A stretch of 64,000 nucleotides of DNA from the human T2T-CHM13v2.0 reference genome, Homo sapiens, in assembly GCF_009914755.1 (NCBI RefSeq), contig NC_060930.1. The stretch is one strand, 5' to 3'. The notes beneath the pieces are model-generated. The model was given only the letters and a program-made list of their open reading frames with translations, did not search any database and was not told the origin of the DNA. Both the position numbers and the translations under genes were made by a program. Shown here in pieces: positions 1 to 14,724 of the stretch (positions within the stretch are counted from its first letter, which is position 1; each line of letters opens with the position of its first letter).

Positions 1-49
1 ACCCAACTTAGCATTCTCAGCAATTCTCAGGCTTTCTCTCATCTTTGGG

Positions 50-390
50 GATTTGAGCATTCTGATGCTTCTGTTCAGATCACCCTTATCTATTGTTCCA
101 ACTAGTGCTTGTCTGCTCACATTTTAGTCCAATTCAGAGTTGATCACTTCTGGGACTTTCCCCAGACCTTTCATTTTGGATTACAGGCTTTGCTCTAAGC
201 TTCCCCAGTACTATTTAGAGATTAACTCTGAGATTACATTTCACACAACTTTTTTTTTGTAATCTTTCAGTGAAGAATAAGACTTTTGAAAAAAAGAGAA
301 TCTCTATTTTCTTCAGGTTTCTTTAGTGTGTAGCACATTGAGTGATACTAAATGGTTTTTAAATAAATATTTGTCAACTGAATAAAGCAA
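50..390 (+). mobile_element. Ancient L2 LINE 3' remnant
   Basis: Degenerate L2 3' motifs ending in ...aataaatatttgtcaactgaataaa; boundaries approximate. Confidence 0.45.
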
Positions 391-544
391 AAAAGAAGCT
401 TATGAGTGAGTGAAATAATAAATGAGGGTGAGAGAAACTGATCCAAAGCCATTGGAGATATATTCCAGATCTTTCTTTCGCTTTCCTCTTTTTGCCAAGT
501 TTGTCAAACATTCATTCTAATAATAGTAATAATGATAATAACAA

Positions 545-815
545 TAAATGGTAACAATGAGAATATCATTAATATCTGGCACTAATAAAACCTTAAGTGT
601 CAGGAGTTATGCTAAGCGATTTCAATGAATTATTATGCTTCCTCCCAACAACACTGTTGTGTGTAAATACTCTCATACTCAACCTCATTTTGAAGACAAG
701 GAAGACAGAGAAGTTGGATATTTTTCCTAGATTTCAAAGAGAAAAAAGTGAGGGAGTTAAAGTCATCCACCTTTAAATAAATGCTGGTTCATGGAAGCCA
801 TTTTTAACACACTGT
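545..815 (-). mobile_element. MIR SINE (degenerate)
   Basis: Reverse-strand MIR pattern gctaagcgattt...cctcccaacaac...cattttgaagacaaggaagacagagaagtt. Confidence 0.6.
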
Positions 816-847
816 TCTTTATTCCATATATTTTATTATATTTAAAT

Positions 848-993
848 TTTTTTAATTTTATTATTATTATACTTTAAGTTTTAGGGTACATGTGCACAAT
901 GTGCAGGTTTGTTACATATGTATACATGTGCCATGTTGGTGTACTGCACCCATTAACTCATCATTTAGCATCAAGTATATCTCCTAATGCTAT
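848..993 (-). mobile_element. Short 5'-truncated L1PA (L1PA3/4-like) 3' end
   Basis: ttattattatactttaagttttagggtacatgtgcacaatgtgcagg...ctcctaatgctat is the L1PA 3' UTR end in antisense; no clear TSD. Confidence 0.9.
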
Positions 994-1029
994 AAAATTA
1001 AGGAAAAAGATTGGAACCAAAAAGCAGGG

Positions 1030-1190
1030 ACATAGACTTAGGCATTAGAATTATTGGCTTCTGAATGGCTTGGACTAACAAAAACTCTCAGATATCCATT
1101 TCTCTTATCTGTAAAAATTCAAAATTTGTAGCTAAGAGAAGTTGGCTCAATTAAGTGAGATATTTTATGCATACACAGTAGACATTAATT
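1030..1190 (+). mobile_element. MIR SINE remnant
   Basis: Core-like catttctcttatctgtaaaa followed by attaagtgagata; degenerate. Confidence 0.45.
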
Positions 1191-2289
1191 CCCCTCTCTT
1201 CTTGCCCTCTTTCGCCCCACAATGTCTTTTTATCTTTTATATAAAGTGTTAATTTATAATATGCTTTGGTTTTGACACACAAACAATATAGATGATTAAT
1301 TGTATTCTTTTTTATATAAATCATCATGCTCTGCCCCTACAAAATATTAATTAAAATTACAAATTGAAGCTAACTTTAAACTTCAATTAAATTTGCCTTT
1401 ACTGATACATACTTTTTTTATCATTCTAAATGAATCAAAAGCAACTACACCATTACAAAAACTCATCATAAAAAAGGCATTAAGATTTCATGAGAAAGAG
1501 AGAGAAAGAGGGAGAAAGGAGAGAGTGAAATTGGAGTGACATATAGCACACCTTCTTCTGTGTAATGAGCTTGGAAGATCAAAGAATCCTCTATTTTTTT
1601 TTTTTTTCCTTTACTGCCAAACACAAAGAAACTTCACAGGGAAAGTTAAGTTGCAATTCTTAAGGTCATGGGTTATAACTAACTTGTGACAAAGTTTTCT
1701 GTTAACCTGTTAGAGAAGAAACATCAAGGAAGCCATAAAAGAACATTCTATAAGTTGCTCTAGGACATGTTTTCAAATAGTACCCTATCACATTACCTAA
1801 AAATGTCATCATTGATGAATAGCCTTTGTGGTAGATAGAGCCTTGTAGTTAATGTACTTGCCCCAGTCGCTCCAAAACTCACTTTTGAGAATTTAGGAGG
1901 ATGATTCTTAGCCAACTTAATGTTTAGAAATACCACTCTAGGATCTGCATCATTCTTGTTATCATCAACCCAATAATCTGTAAGATTTATACATAGTAAG
2001 CCTGAGCCTACAAGGACTGAGCAGGCAGTGATTCATTGTTAGCATATTTTCCAAATTGTATTATATCACTGGGTTATTAGGAAAATTATGTAAGATTAGT
2101 TGAGCAAAAATAAGAATATGTAGATGTAATATAGATATAGACAATGAGGGAAAATAATATAACTCCACATCCATAGTTGTAGGCCTAATACAGCTATAAT
2201 TATTGTAGCTGAAGTTTAAGAGGAGGGATATTATTTCTAGAGATTAGAATGATAATGTGGTAAGCAGAACATTCTGTTAAGACAAGCTC

Positions 2290-2596
<307 letters not shown>

Positions 2597-4094
2597 AAGA
2601 CAAGCTCAACACATTGATTCTATATTAGGAAATAAGAAAATTTTGCAGAAGCTTTTGTAACTTTGCTTTTGAACTTCACATATTGAATCTTTGGGTTTCA
2701 TTATTTGGAGAAAAAGATGAGTTTTACCACTTTAAAATTATTATTTCATCAGAGTACATAGTTAACAAAAGTAGCCCCAAGTTTTTTTCTATTTAACTTC
2801 AAATTTTAAGTAACCAGAAGGCAATATTGACAGTGTTGTTTTAATCTATGTAAGTATATTTACATGCATGTATTGCAAAATCAATGCCAATGTTCTGTGA
2901 ATTTTTTCCAAATTTAATATGTTAAATTTATTTTACTCATCAAAACAAAAATTAGTCTATTCTGTTACTATAACTCAGATGTAGAAATATAATGGCTATA
3001 CTTAATACTAGAAATATTTAATTGCTTTCTTAATACCTAAAACTCATTTTATATCTTAAGTTGAAGACAAAACATGTTCCAAGTTTAATACATGGCAAAG
3101 TATACACAACTTCAGTTATAACATATAAACTTTGTACATGAACTAGAACTAGATAGCCTATTGATATGCAATACTATATTTATGAATATAAATTGGTTAA
3201 AAAAGACCTCTAGCACAGAAAATATTATCCACGTGTCTTAACACTGCTACAAATGAAGAGATAATATACTTCAGAGAGAGAAATACTCTTTATAGTTATT
3301 ACTTGGGAACTTAAGGAATAAAATTATGAAATACCAAGGAAGCAATAGCTACAAAAACATATAAACCACTGTGGCAAGAAAGATGATGCTAATGGTGTAT
3401 ATTTGCATATGACACTTGCTGTAAAATAAATGTAGATGAATAAAACAAGAATTTCTTATCTTACCTTTGATTGTTTGCTTTATCTCAGCTCTACGGGGAA
3501 CTGATCAGTTATAGTATTCTTTACCTATTTGCATTCCTATTTAGAATTGCTTCGCCTGGCAAACATTTCAGTAAGTTTTATGCATGAGAAAACCAAGCGT
3601 GTTTGACATTGATAAAGGTTGTGAAGAGCTATATATTAGCTAAACAGAATTTCTGTAAATATATTTTAATGCAAATCTTATCAACCAAATGTCAGAATTA
3701 CTCCAGTGATAGTTATGCTACTGCAACATGCTCACTCTAGAAAGGAGCAGGCTGTTCACCAGAGATTCACGCTGTAAGCAGAGGTAAAAAAAAAAAAAAA
3801 AATTATTTGTTCTGCATCTTTCCTGATAAACAAAGCAACTTTCTTGTTTATTCTCTGTTTAAATAAAGGTGAGTGGTAAACATTTGATAAAAGTACTGTT
3901 AAAATAATAAGAAATGCCAACTATATAGTCATTTCTCAAGAAAATAAACAAATTTTTCCTTGAAAATGTTCATAAATACCTCTTCTTCTCTGTCTCTTTT
4001 GGTTGTGACCTTTTATCTTTTGTGATATATATCTAAAATTCAATATCCCAAAGACGCTGAGTGTGTGTTGGAAACAGAGGTAGGGGTGTTTCTT

Positions 4095-4133
4095 CTACTG
4101 GTCTTGTTTCTCTGGAGAACCCTGGCAAATACA
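4095..4133 (+). mobile_element. MLT2-type LTR 3' terminal fragment
   Basis: tgtttctctggagaaccctggcaaataca resembles the MLT2 end (...tctggagaaccctgactaataca). Confidence 0.5.
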
Positions 4134-4950
4134 AGATGTTTGCTTTTTGTTTCTGGTAATAGTTTCTAGCTGTATTACGGTGTTGTCAGAGAGTGTTGTT
4201 TATATTTTGATTTTAAGGAAAGTACTGATGTTTTCTTTGTGACCAAATCATATGATCATTTTGTAATTGTGTCATAAGCACTGGGGGAGAAGGCATATCC
4301 TTATCATCAGGGTGTAGCACTCAAAATATAAGAATATAATCTATCTAATTGATTATGTTAATTAACTTTTCTATTTCCTAATGAATTTATTTTTGCCCAA
4401 TCAATCTGCCTTGTAATGTAGTAGTTTATTAAATCATCCTGTTATTATGGTGTTTCTATCTTCACATCTCTCATTCTCTGTAACTTTTGCTTCATAATGG
4501 GTTTTACTGTGTTATTTGGTACAAAAATATAAACATCTTCAACTTGAATTGTACCTTTTAGTATTACAACTGTTTCATTTTTAGCATCTCTGGGCATCTT
4601 TGGAGATTGAAGAGTGAATCAGGGTTACCATACCTTCTCTCTGTTTCTGTCTATGTTTCCATCTCTATCTCTATCTAGATGCCTATGTCTTGTTCATCTC
4701 TTTAATTTTAAACTCTCATCTGAATCATTCTGATTCAGATGTGTCTCTTTTTACAGTATGTAATTCAAATTTGTTTTGTGTGTCAAATTTATTCTTCTTC
4801 CTTTTATTAAGTGCATTAAGCCTATTTATATTTATTTAAATGACTAATATATTTGGTCACTACTCTGACATAATATTTTATAATTACGTTTTTCATTATA
4901 TTTGCTATATTTCTTTCTCTACAAGATATGATCATAATTTTTACTAGAAA
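4134..4950 (-). mobile_element. Ancient L1M (L1ME-like) ORF2 remnant
   Basis: T-rich antisense L1 motifs (ctttgtgaccaaatcatatgatc, gttatttggtaca, catttatatttattt); heavily decayed. Confidence 0.5.
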
Positions 4951-5244
4951 TAACTTTTCCTAATGAATTATTTCAACATTTGTGACATAGGAGATATAAG
5001 TCTAATACAGTCTTACTAATTGTTAATGTAAAATTTCTTTATTTATTTTGAGGAACTGGCATAATCACTAATTGATGCAAAAATGGACTTGTACACACAT
5101 TTAAGATAATTTAAATTATGTGTATATAGATATTGTTTGACAATATTATTTATCTATCTGTATAACCCTGTATATAGACATTGTGAACAAAGCATTATGT
5201 TATGTTCTATATAAAGAAATTTATGGTAAATACTTATATTTACC

Positions 5245-5335
5245 ATTATATATATATTATATGGTACATTATATGGTATATTATATGGTATATATATGGT
5301 ATTTTATATGGTAAATATATATATTTTATATATAT
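5245..5335. repeat. AT-rich ~12-bp minisatellite (TATATGGTATAT)n
   Basis: About five degenerate copies of tatatggtatat; explains the IWYIIWY ORF. Confidence 0.85.
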
Positions 5336-7436
5336 TCCAGTATTAGGAATGCAGCTATTTTCTACTTTTATTTTTTCCTTTCTAGTTACAGACCCTAAAA
5401 TGTTCATGCTATATATTTATTCCCAGGCACTAGAAATTTTTAAACACAAGTAACCATATAATGCAAATAATTGTTTTAAATTAAAGGTGAAGATGCTAAT
5501 CAAGATTTTTTTTAATAGTTTCTTTAGGGATGAAGGCCAGCCAGATGATAGAAAAGGACTCTCCAGTGCTCATTCCCTGGCAGAAACATCAATTCAAACA
5601 CCTATCCACACACAAAAATACCTTCACAAGAGCTAAGGAAATCAGGTGAAAAATTACAGCACCAGGCTCTAGCACAAACATAAGAAGAGATGAGTGACAA
5701 GGGTAGGAATGACAATCTTACATTACCTGCATCACTCCTTCGTCAACTCAGGGAGCATAGCATGGAGAGAGAGATAACCTCTGGATGGGAGAAGGAGAGG
5801 GGATTGAGCTCTGGACTTTGTCTCAGATCCCAAAAGTATGCCCAACCTAGTAAAACCCAGAACCAAGCAGGCCTCCATTGCCCCAGACTCTATACTGCTA
5901 CTTGCAAACTGAAGGTCCATGCTTGCACCCATGCAAGGCTACATCCCATAGCTCTTTGTTTCAGGCCTGTGCAACAGACTTGATCTCCGAGCTACCCTAC
6001 CTTTCAGCCCATCCTCAGTGATCACAGGCTCCAGAATACCCCTAGCACTGGGTTAGCCCCCACAGCCACATACTTCAGACATGCCTGAACACCTAGTCAA
6101 CCACTGCAGCACTAGTTAGCATCTGTGGACACAACCAGGCTGATCATTGTTGATACAGCCTTCAGGCTCACCTAGCACCACGCCATTCCCTGCATCCCAG
6201 GTTCCATTCAAGTCTTGGTGACTCCAGGGTTCAACCTTGCTCCAGCAGACTCAGGGTATAGGCGTATACAAGTAGGTGCCAGTGCCAAGCTGGACTCCAT
6301 GGCTTAAGGATACAATAGCACCCCTGTAGATCTCCAGGCTCCAAGATAGTACCTATGGACTCAAGGTCCATGTCCATCCCAGAGGACCCAGGTGCAAAGC
6401 CCATCCCAATGCCTGACCAGTCATTGTAGAATCATACTCAAAGCCCACCCCACTGCCAGCTCCAAGGCCCATCCTACTGTCAGCTTAGTCCCTGTGGACA
6501 CAGTTTTCTGGTCAATCAGACCAGAATCATATTGTCAGTGAAGAGAGATAATTTGACTTCCATCTACTACCTGGAGTAGATATGAACTCCAGGTCTGCCT
6601 TTATGTACCCAGGCTCTACCTCCATCCCTGCAGATCCAATCAACAGGTCTGCCCCGGTGGATCTAGGCTTCAAGCCCAACTTCATGGACCCAGGCTCCAG
6701 GCTTACGCACCTGTTTATCAATGCATGAGGCAAACCTTCCAATGACTCCAGCAGCATGTGCACCCTCAGACCACATCAGATAACCTGCCTAGGATCTCTG
6801 TATGGGTGAAAGGTTTTCCCAGACAAAGTCAGTCTACAAAGACTGTAATAAGCGCTTACTTAAAATGTGTGGACAACAACATAAGGCAACAACAAATATA
6901 AAGAGAAAGACATAACACCACCAAAAAAACCCAAAATAATCTACAAGTAACTGGCCTCAAAACATGTAGATATGAAAACTGCTTGGCAAAGAATTCAATG
7001 TTATTGTTTTAATGAATCTCAATAAAATTCAAGAAAATATTGAGAAATAATTCAATGAAATCAGAGAAACAATGGATGACCAAAATTATAAATTTAACAA
7101 AGAGATTGAAACAGTTAAAAAAATTGAACAAGAATTCTGGAGATGAATTACACAATGAGTGAAATGAAAACTGCTATAGACAGTGTCAATAACATAATTA
7201 ATAAGGCAGAAGAATAAAAATCTGTGAACTCAAAGACAGTTTATTTGTAAACATACTGTCAGAGAAGAAAAGATAAAAAGTAATTTAAAAAATGAAGAAT
7301 GCTTGCAGGATATATTGAACAGCAATAAAAGAGCAAATATTTGAGTTATAAGATTATTTGTGAAGAAGAGAAAAACTAAATGCAGGAAGCTTATTTAAAT
7401 AATTAATAACAGAAACCTTTTGAAAATTGGATAAAG

Positions 7437-7922
<486 letters not shown>

Positions 7923-8420
7923 TCAGGCTAACGGCACATTTCTCAGCAGACACCTTACAGAATGGGGAGTAGGATGGCATGCTTAAAATGTTGAAAGAAA
8001 GAAAGAAACAAACAAACAAAAAACAATTTCCAAGCAAGAATAGTATACTCAAAAAAGCTGTGCACCAAAAATGAAGGAAAGATAAATATTCTCTTAGTCA
8101 AATAAAAACTGAGACATCCATCATCACCAAACTGGTCTTAAAATAAATGCCAAAAGTAGTTATTCAGGGTGAGAGAAAAGGATGGTAATTAGTATGAGAG
8201 TATAAAACTTCCTGGTGAAAGTGAGCATGTGGTAAAATTCAGAATACCCCAATACTGTAATGGTGGAGTATAAGTCAGTTATATTTTAAATATGAAGATT
8301 ATAAGACAAATCTGTTAAAAATAACAATACCAATAATAATTTGTTAAGAAATACACAATATAAAAAGTAAATTATGACATCAGAAATTTAGCTTTAGAGG
8401 GAGTTGAAAGAAAAGTACAG

Positions 8421-11325
8421 TTTATCCTTACAGAGAACCAACATTTGGTTTTGGTGATCTTTACAACTGATCCCACAGAAATACAAAAGATCTTCAGAGA
8501 CTATTGTAAACTCTATGAACACAAAGTAAAAAGTCTAGAAGAAATGAATAAATGCCTGGAAACACAAAACGCCCCAAAATTGAACCAGGAAATAATTGAA
8601 ACCCAGAACAGAACAACAGCAAGTTCCAAAATTGAATCAGTAGTAAAAAAGCCAATCAACCAAAAAAGGCCCTAGACCAGGTAGATTCACAGCTGAGTTC
8701 TACTTCTACCAGAGATATGAAGAAAAGCTCATACCAATGCTACTGAAACTATTCCAAAAATTTGAGGAGGAGGGATTCATTTCTGGCTTATTCTACATAG
8801 CCAACATCATCCTGATAACAAAACCTGTTGGAGACACAATGAAAAAAGAAAACCACAGGCCAGTGATGAACATAGACACAAAAATCCTCAATAAAATATT
8901 AGCAAATAAAATCCAGTAGCACACCAAAAATTAATTCACCATAATGAAGTAGGCTTTATTCTGGGGATGCAATGCTGGTGCAAAATGCATGTATCAATAA
9001 ATGTGTTTCACCACATAAATAAAATTAAAGACAAAAATCATATGATCATCTCACCAAATACAAAAAAAAAGCTTTCAGTAAAATCCAGCATACCTTCATG
9101 ATAAAACCCTAAACAAACTAGATTTCAAAGGTACATCTGTCAAAATAATAAGAGCCATCTATGGCAAACCCATGGCCAACATCGTATTGAATGAACAAAA
9201 CTGAAACTATTCCCCTTGAGAATTAGAACAAGAAAAAGATGCCCAATCTCATCAATCCTATTCATTACTTTACTGGAAGTCCTAGCCAGAGCAACCAGGT
9301 AGGAGGAACAAATAAAAGACATACAAATAGGAAAGGAAGAAGTCAAATTATCTCTCTTCCCTGACAATATGATTCTGGAAAAGCCTAAAGACCACCAAAA
9401 AGCTATTTGAACTGATAAACAACTTCAGCAAATTTTCAAGATACAAAAATCAATGTACAAAAATCAGTAGCATATCCATGTATCAATAACGTTTAAGCTG
9501 ACTGCCAAATCAAGAATACAATTCCATTTACAGAAGCCACAATAAGAATGAAATACCTAGGAATACATCTAACCAAGAAAGTGACAGATCTGTCCTTGGA
9601 AAACTACAAAACACTTTTGAAAGAAACCATAGATGACTCAAACAAATGGAAAAACATCCCATGCTCATAAATAGGAAGAATCAATATTGTTCAAATGGCA
9701 ATACTATCCAAAGCAATTCACAGTTTCAGTGGTATTCCTATCAAACAACTAACATATTTTTTCACAGAATTAGAAAAAAATATTCTAAAATTCATATGGA
9801 ACCAAAAAAGAGCTTGAACAGACAAAGTGATACTAAGAAAAATGAAGAAAGCTGGAGGTATCACAGTAACCAGACTTCAGACTATACTACAAGGCTACAG
9901 TATCCAAAACAATATTGTACTGGCACAAAAATAGACACACAGACCAGTAGAACAGAATACAGAACCCACAAATAAAGCTGCACACCTACAATCTGCTTCT
10001 CAACAAGTCAACAAAAATAAGGAAACAAAAATGAGGAAAAGGACTCTCTATTCAAAAATGGGGCTGGGGTAACTGGCTACCCATATGCCAAAGAATGAAA
10101 GTGGACTCCTAACTATCACCATATACAAAAATTAACTACACATGAATTAAAGACTTAAATGTAAGAGCTCAAACTATAAAAATCCTAGAAAAAAAGTAGG
10201 AAATACCCTTACTGATATCGGCCTTGACAAAGAATTTATGGCTAAGTCTTCAAAAGCAACTGCAACAAAAACAAAAATTTCCAAGTGAGACCTAATTAAA
10301 CTAAAGAGCTTCTGCAAAGAAAAAGAAACTGTCAACAGAGTAAACAGACAACCTACAGAATGGGAGAAAATATTTATAAAATCTATGCATCCAACTAAGG
10401 CCTAGTATCCAGACTGTATAAGGAACTTAAATCAATGAGCAAAAAAACCAAATAACCCCATTAAAAAGCAGGCAAAGGGCATGAACAGACACTTCTCAAA
10501 AGAAGACATACAAGTGGCTGACATAGGAAAAATGTTCAGAATCACTAATCATCACAGAAATGAAAATAAAAACCACAATGAGATACCATCTCACACAGTC
10601 AGAATGGCTTTAAAAAAAATTTAAAAAATTAACAGATGTTAGTGGGGCTTCAGAGAAAAGGGGACACTTATACACTATTGGTGGGATTGTAAATTAGTTC
10701 AGCCACCATGGAGAGCAATTTGGAAAGTTTTCATAGTACTAAGCCTTGAACTACCATTCAACTCAGCAATTTCGTTACTGGATATATAACCAAAGGAAAA
10801 TAACTCTTTCTACCAAAAAAAACCCCACATAAACTCATATGTTCATTACAGTGCTATTCACAATAGCAAAAACATGGAACCAACCCAAGTGCCCACCAAC
10901 AGTGGACTGGTTAAAGAAAATGTGGTACATATATACTATGGAATTCTATGCAGCCATAAAAAGAATGAAATCATGTCCTTTGCAGCAATGAGTATGCAGC
11001 TGGAGATGATTTTCTTAAGTGAACTAACACAGAAAAAGAAGGCAAAATATTGCATGTTCTCACTTATAAGTGGGAGCTAAATATTGGGTGCACATGGACA
11101 TAAAGATGGGAATACTAGACACTGGAAAATACAAAAGAGGGAACAGAAATAAAAAAGCAAAGTTTGAAAACTACCTATTGCTTACTTTGCTCATTTATTG
11201 GGCTCATTTCAGGTTTAGTCATACTTCAAGACCCAATATCATTCAATATGTCTTTGTAACAAACCTGCACATGTACCTCTGAAATTTAAAATAAAAGTTG
11301 GAAAAAAGTTCTTTAAAAATTTTAC
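8421..11325 (+). mobile_element. 5'-truncated L1PA15/16-like element with a 42-bp 5' inversion, nested in the L1MA
   Basis: Decayed ORF2 from acaactgatcccacagaaatac (ORFs TTDPTEIQK..., [13 protein letters not shown]...) through a 3' UTR ending aaacctgcacatgtacctctgaaatttaaaataaaagttg. 8421-8462 is antisense ORF2. TSD-like aaagtacag (8412-8420) / aaagtatag (11326-11334). Confidence 0.88.
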
Positions 11326-14321
11326 AAAGTATAGAGATTTTTATGCAATCAGAGTTAATTATTATCAGCTTAAAATAGCTTGTTATAACTATAGGATGTT
11401 TTTTGCAATCCTCTTGGTAAGCACAATGCAGAAACTTATAGTATATACAAAAAAGACAAAACATAAAGAAACAAAGCATATCATTAAAGAAAATCACCTA
11501 ATTACAAAGACATCAAGAAGAAAGGAACAATCTACAAAACAACCAGAAAATAACTAACAAATGGAAGTACTAAGTTTCTATTTATCCACCATTACCCTGA
11601 ATGATAGATTAAATTCTCCAGTCAAAAGACATAGAGTGGCTGATGATTAAATAAAAAGGCTAAACTACATGCTGCCTACAAAAGACTTAGTTCACCTGTA
11701 AGGATACACATACAATGAAAGTAAAGGAATGAAAAAAGTATTCCACACAAATGGAAATCAAAAGAGAGCAGGAGTGGCCACATTTATATCAGATAAAACA
11801 GACTTTAAGTGAAAAACTGTGAAATGAGACAAAGGAAGCTATGACATAATAATAAAGAGGTCAATTTATCTAGAGAAGATAACAATTACATATGTGCACC
11901 CAACATCAGAGCACCTAAATATATAAGATAAATATCAATAGATCTAAAGGGAGGGATACATTGTAATACAACAATAAGGAACTATAATAAGGAACAAATC
12001 ATTTGGACTGAAAATCAATAAGAAAACATGAAACTTAAACTACACTGTAGGCCAAATGAACCTAACAGACATATACAAGACATTCTACCTAACAGCAGCA
12101 GAATACACATTCTTTTCAAGCACACATAGAACATTCTCTAGGATAAATCACATATTATGCCACAAAACAAGTCTCAACAAATTTAAGAAGATTGCAATTA
12201 TATCAAGTATCATTTCCAACCATAATGGTATGAAACCAGAAATCAGTATGTGATATGCTGGACAGAATGAAGGACAGAAACTATATGATCATTTCAATAG
12301 AGTCAGAAAAAGCAACTGACAAAATGCAACATTCCTTTATTTTAAGATTCTGAATAATTAGGTATGTAAGAATACACCTCAACACAGTGTAGATCATATA
12401 TGACAAACCCACAGCTCATAACAAACTGAAAGGTGAAAAGTTGCAAGCCTTTTCTCTAAGATCAGGAACAAGACAAAGTATTCTTACTACAAAAGAAATG
12501 AAAAGTATGTAATTTCATGCATTTGTTAATTAGCTCAATTTAGTGATTCCACAATGTATACACATTTTGAAACATCATGTACATAATAGATAGAATTTTT
12601 GTCAAATAAATAAATAAAATGTTAAAAATAATTTCTGTAATTTACGTCAGCTACATTCTGGGCCACTGATTTTTAAATTTTTACACATCGATAAATATTA
12701 CCAGAGTCTATAATTAATGTCTGAATATAGCAGTTGAGGATTTGTGCCCCAGTATATTATTTTAAACAACTTTAACCGGAGCTAAAAGGAAATTTTATGA
12801 ATTCAATCATATTTATTGGTTAATTTATTTCATATTTTGAACTTTGTCAATTACAACTGCTATAAATTAATAATCTTCTTTATTAAACAAAAGTCTCTCC
12901 ACCTCATTTTTTAATTTTTATTTTATAATAAATAATGAAATAATATAATGGTTTTACATGATTTTTCAAAAAATTAAAAAGCATTACCATTAAGCCAGAT
13001 CTTTAATATTAGGCTTAACTGGTTATTAAAATGAAATTAGCAACTTTGCTTTAACTTCTTTAATAATGATTTTTATCAGTAGATTTATTAGATAATTTAA
13101 AAATATTATAACTGTGAATTGCATAAGGACTGCATTTCATGTATTAAATCCTGAATTTATACAGTCCATTTTGATGATACAAGTAAGAAATCCTAAAGTA
13201 ATATTTTCCCACCCAAGTTGATATTAGAGAAAAAAATCATGGTCATAATTTATAGTAAAGTGTTTATATCTTTCAATGTAACATTGCTTATGTTATTTCA
13301 TCAAGGTATTGCTAAATAAGAATATAGATAGTTCCATATTAAATGATCATTTAACTATTTAATTTCCATCCTTACACCCAAATAAGGCTCACTTTCAAAA
13401 ATTAATTTCTAGAATTTTATTTATAAAACTTTATCAAAGATTATAAGATTATATTTTAAAAATTATTTAAAATGCTCTACTGATTTAGATGTTTTAACTT
13501 GCCTTTGCTTTACCTAATTATAGATTCCCTGTTAAATTATGAGAGAAGCTTATTTTTAGATGTGTCATAAAATTCAGAGTTAGAGAGTGAAGAAATAAAC
13601 ATACATCTAAAGCCACTCTGAAAAAATACTCAAAATAAAATAAGCAGAGAATCAACAATGAAAGTAAAAGAAACATACTTGTATATGAACTTGGCAATAA
13701 ATTATATTTTCCATGTTTCTGTTTCAATCAACAAAGTAGTAAGGCAAAAAGAAAAATAACATGAATTGACTAATTAGCAAAAAACAGTGTAAGTTTGGAA
13801 ACAAGATTATTAGGGATATTTATGGTTGCATCAAAGATATATGAACAAATTGACTCTTTGTTTTAAGAAATACCTTGGAAACCAATGAACTCAACTCTAC
13901 TATCACTTATGAGGCAACTAAAGTCCAAAAGGACTAAGTTTTTTTGTCAAAAATCAAGGTTGGAACTGAAAATTGGATATTCAATGAAGTAGCCTTTTAG
14001 TTAATGTGAAACACATTCAAACATTTATTCATATATGTACTTCATCAGTATCTATTTATCAAGCCCTTTGTGTTTATAAAACACTTTACCATGTGCTGGA
14101 AATGTAGAAGTGAGAAAATTGAAATGTTCCTATAAATATGTAACTTACATTTTATAAAATTATACATTTTTTCTCTTAAAATGATGACTATTATAGTATA
14201 AACAAATTAGTTAATTGGAAAATAATGATTTTCATACTAAAATTCCTATCAATAATACTCCTGTCACATACTTAACTCCTCAGTGATTTTCACAGTATTT
14301 GAAATAATTTAAGTACTGAAG

Positions 14322-14724
<403 letters not shown>

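Noticed and set aside
5202-5453. ORF with IWYIIWY repeats
   Set aside because: Product of an AT-rich 12-bp minisatellite.
8445-12253. L1 ORF2 and endonuclease-like ORFs
   Set aside because: Short fragments of two different decayed L1 elements with many stops and frameshifts.
12240-12485. Spliced L1 RNA retrotransposition as the cause of the ORF2 gaps
   Set aside because: Junctions show microhomology and no evident GT-AG boundaries in the L1 sequence as I recall it.
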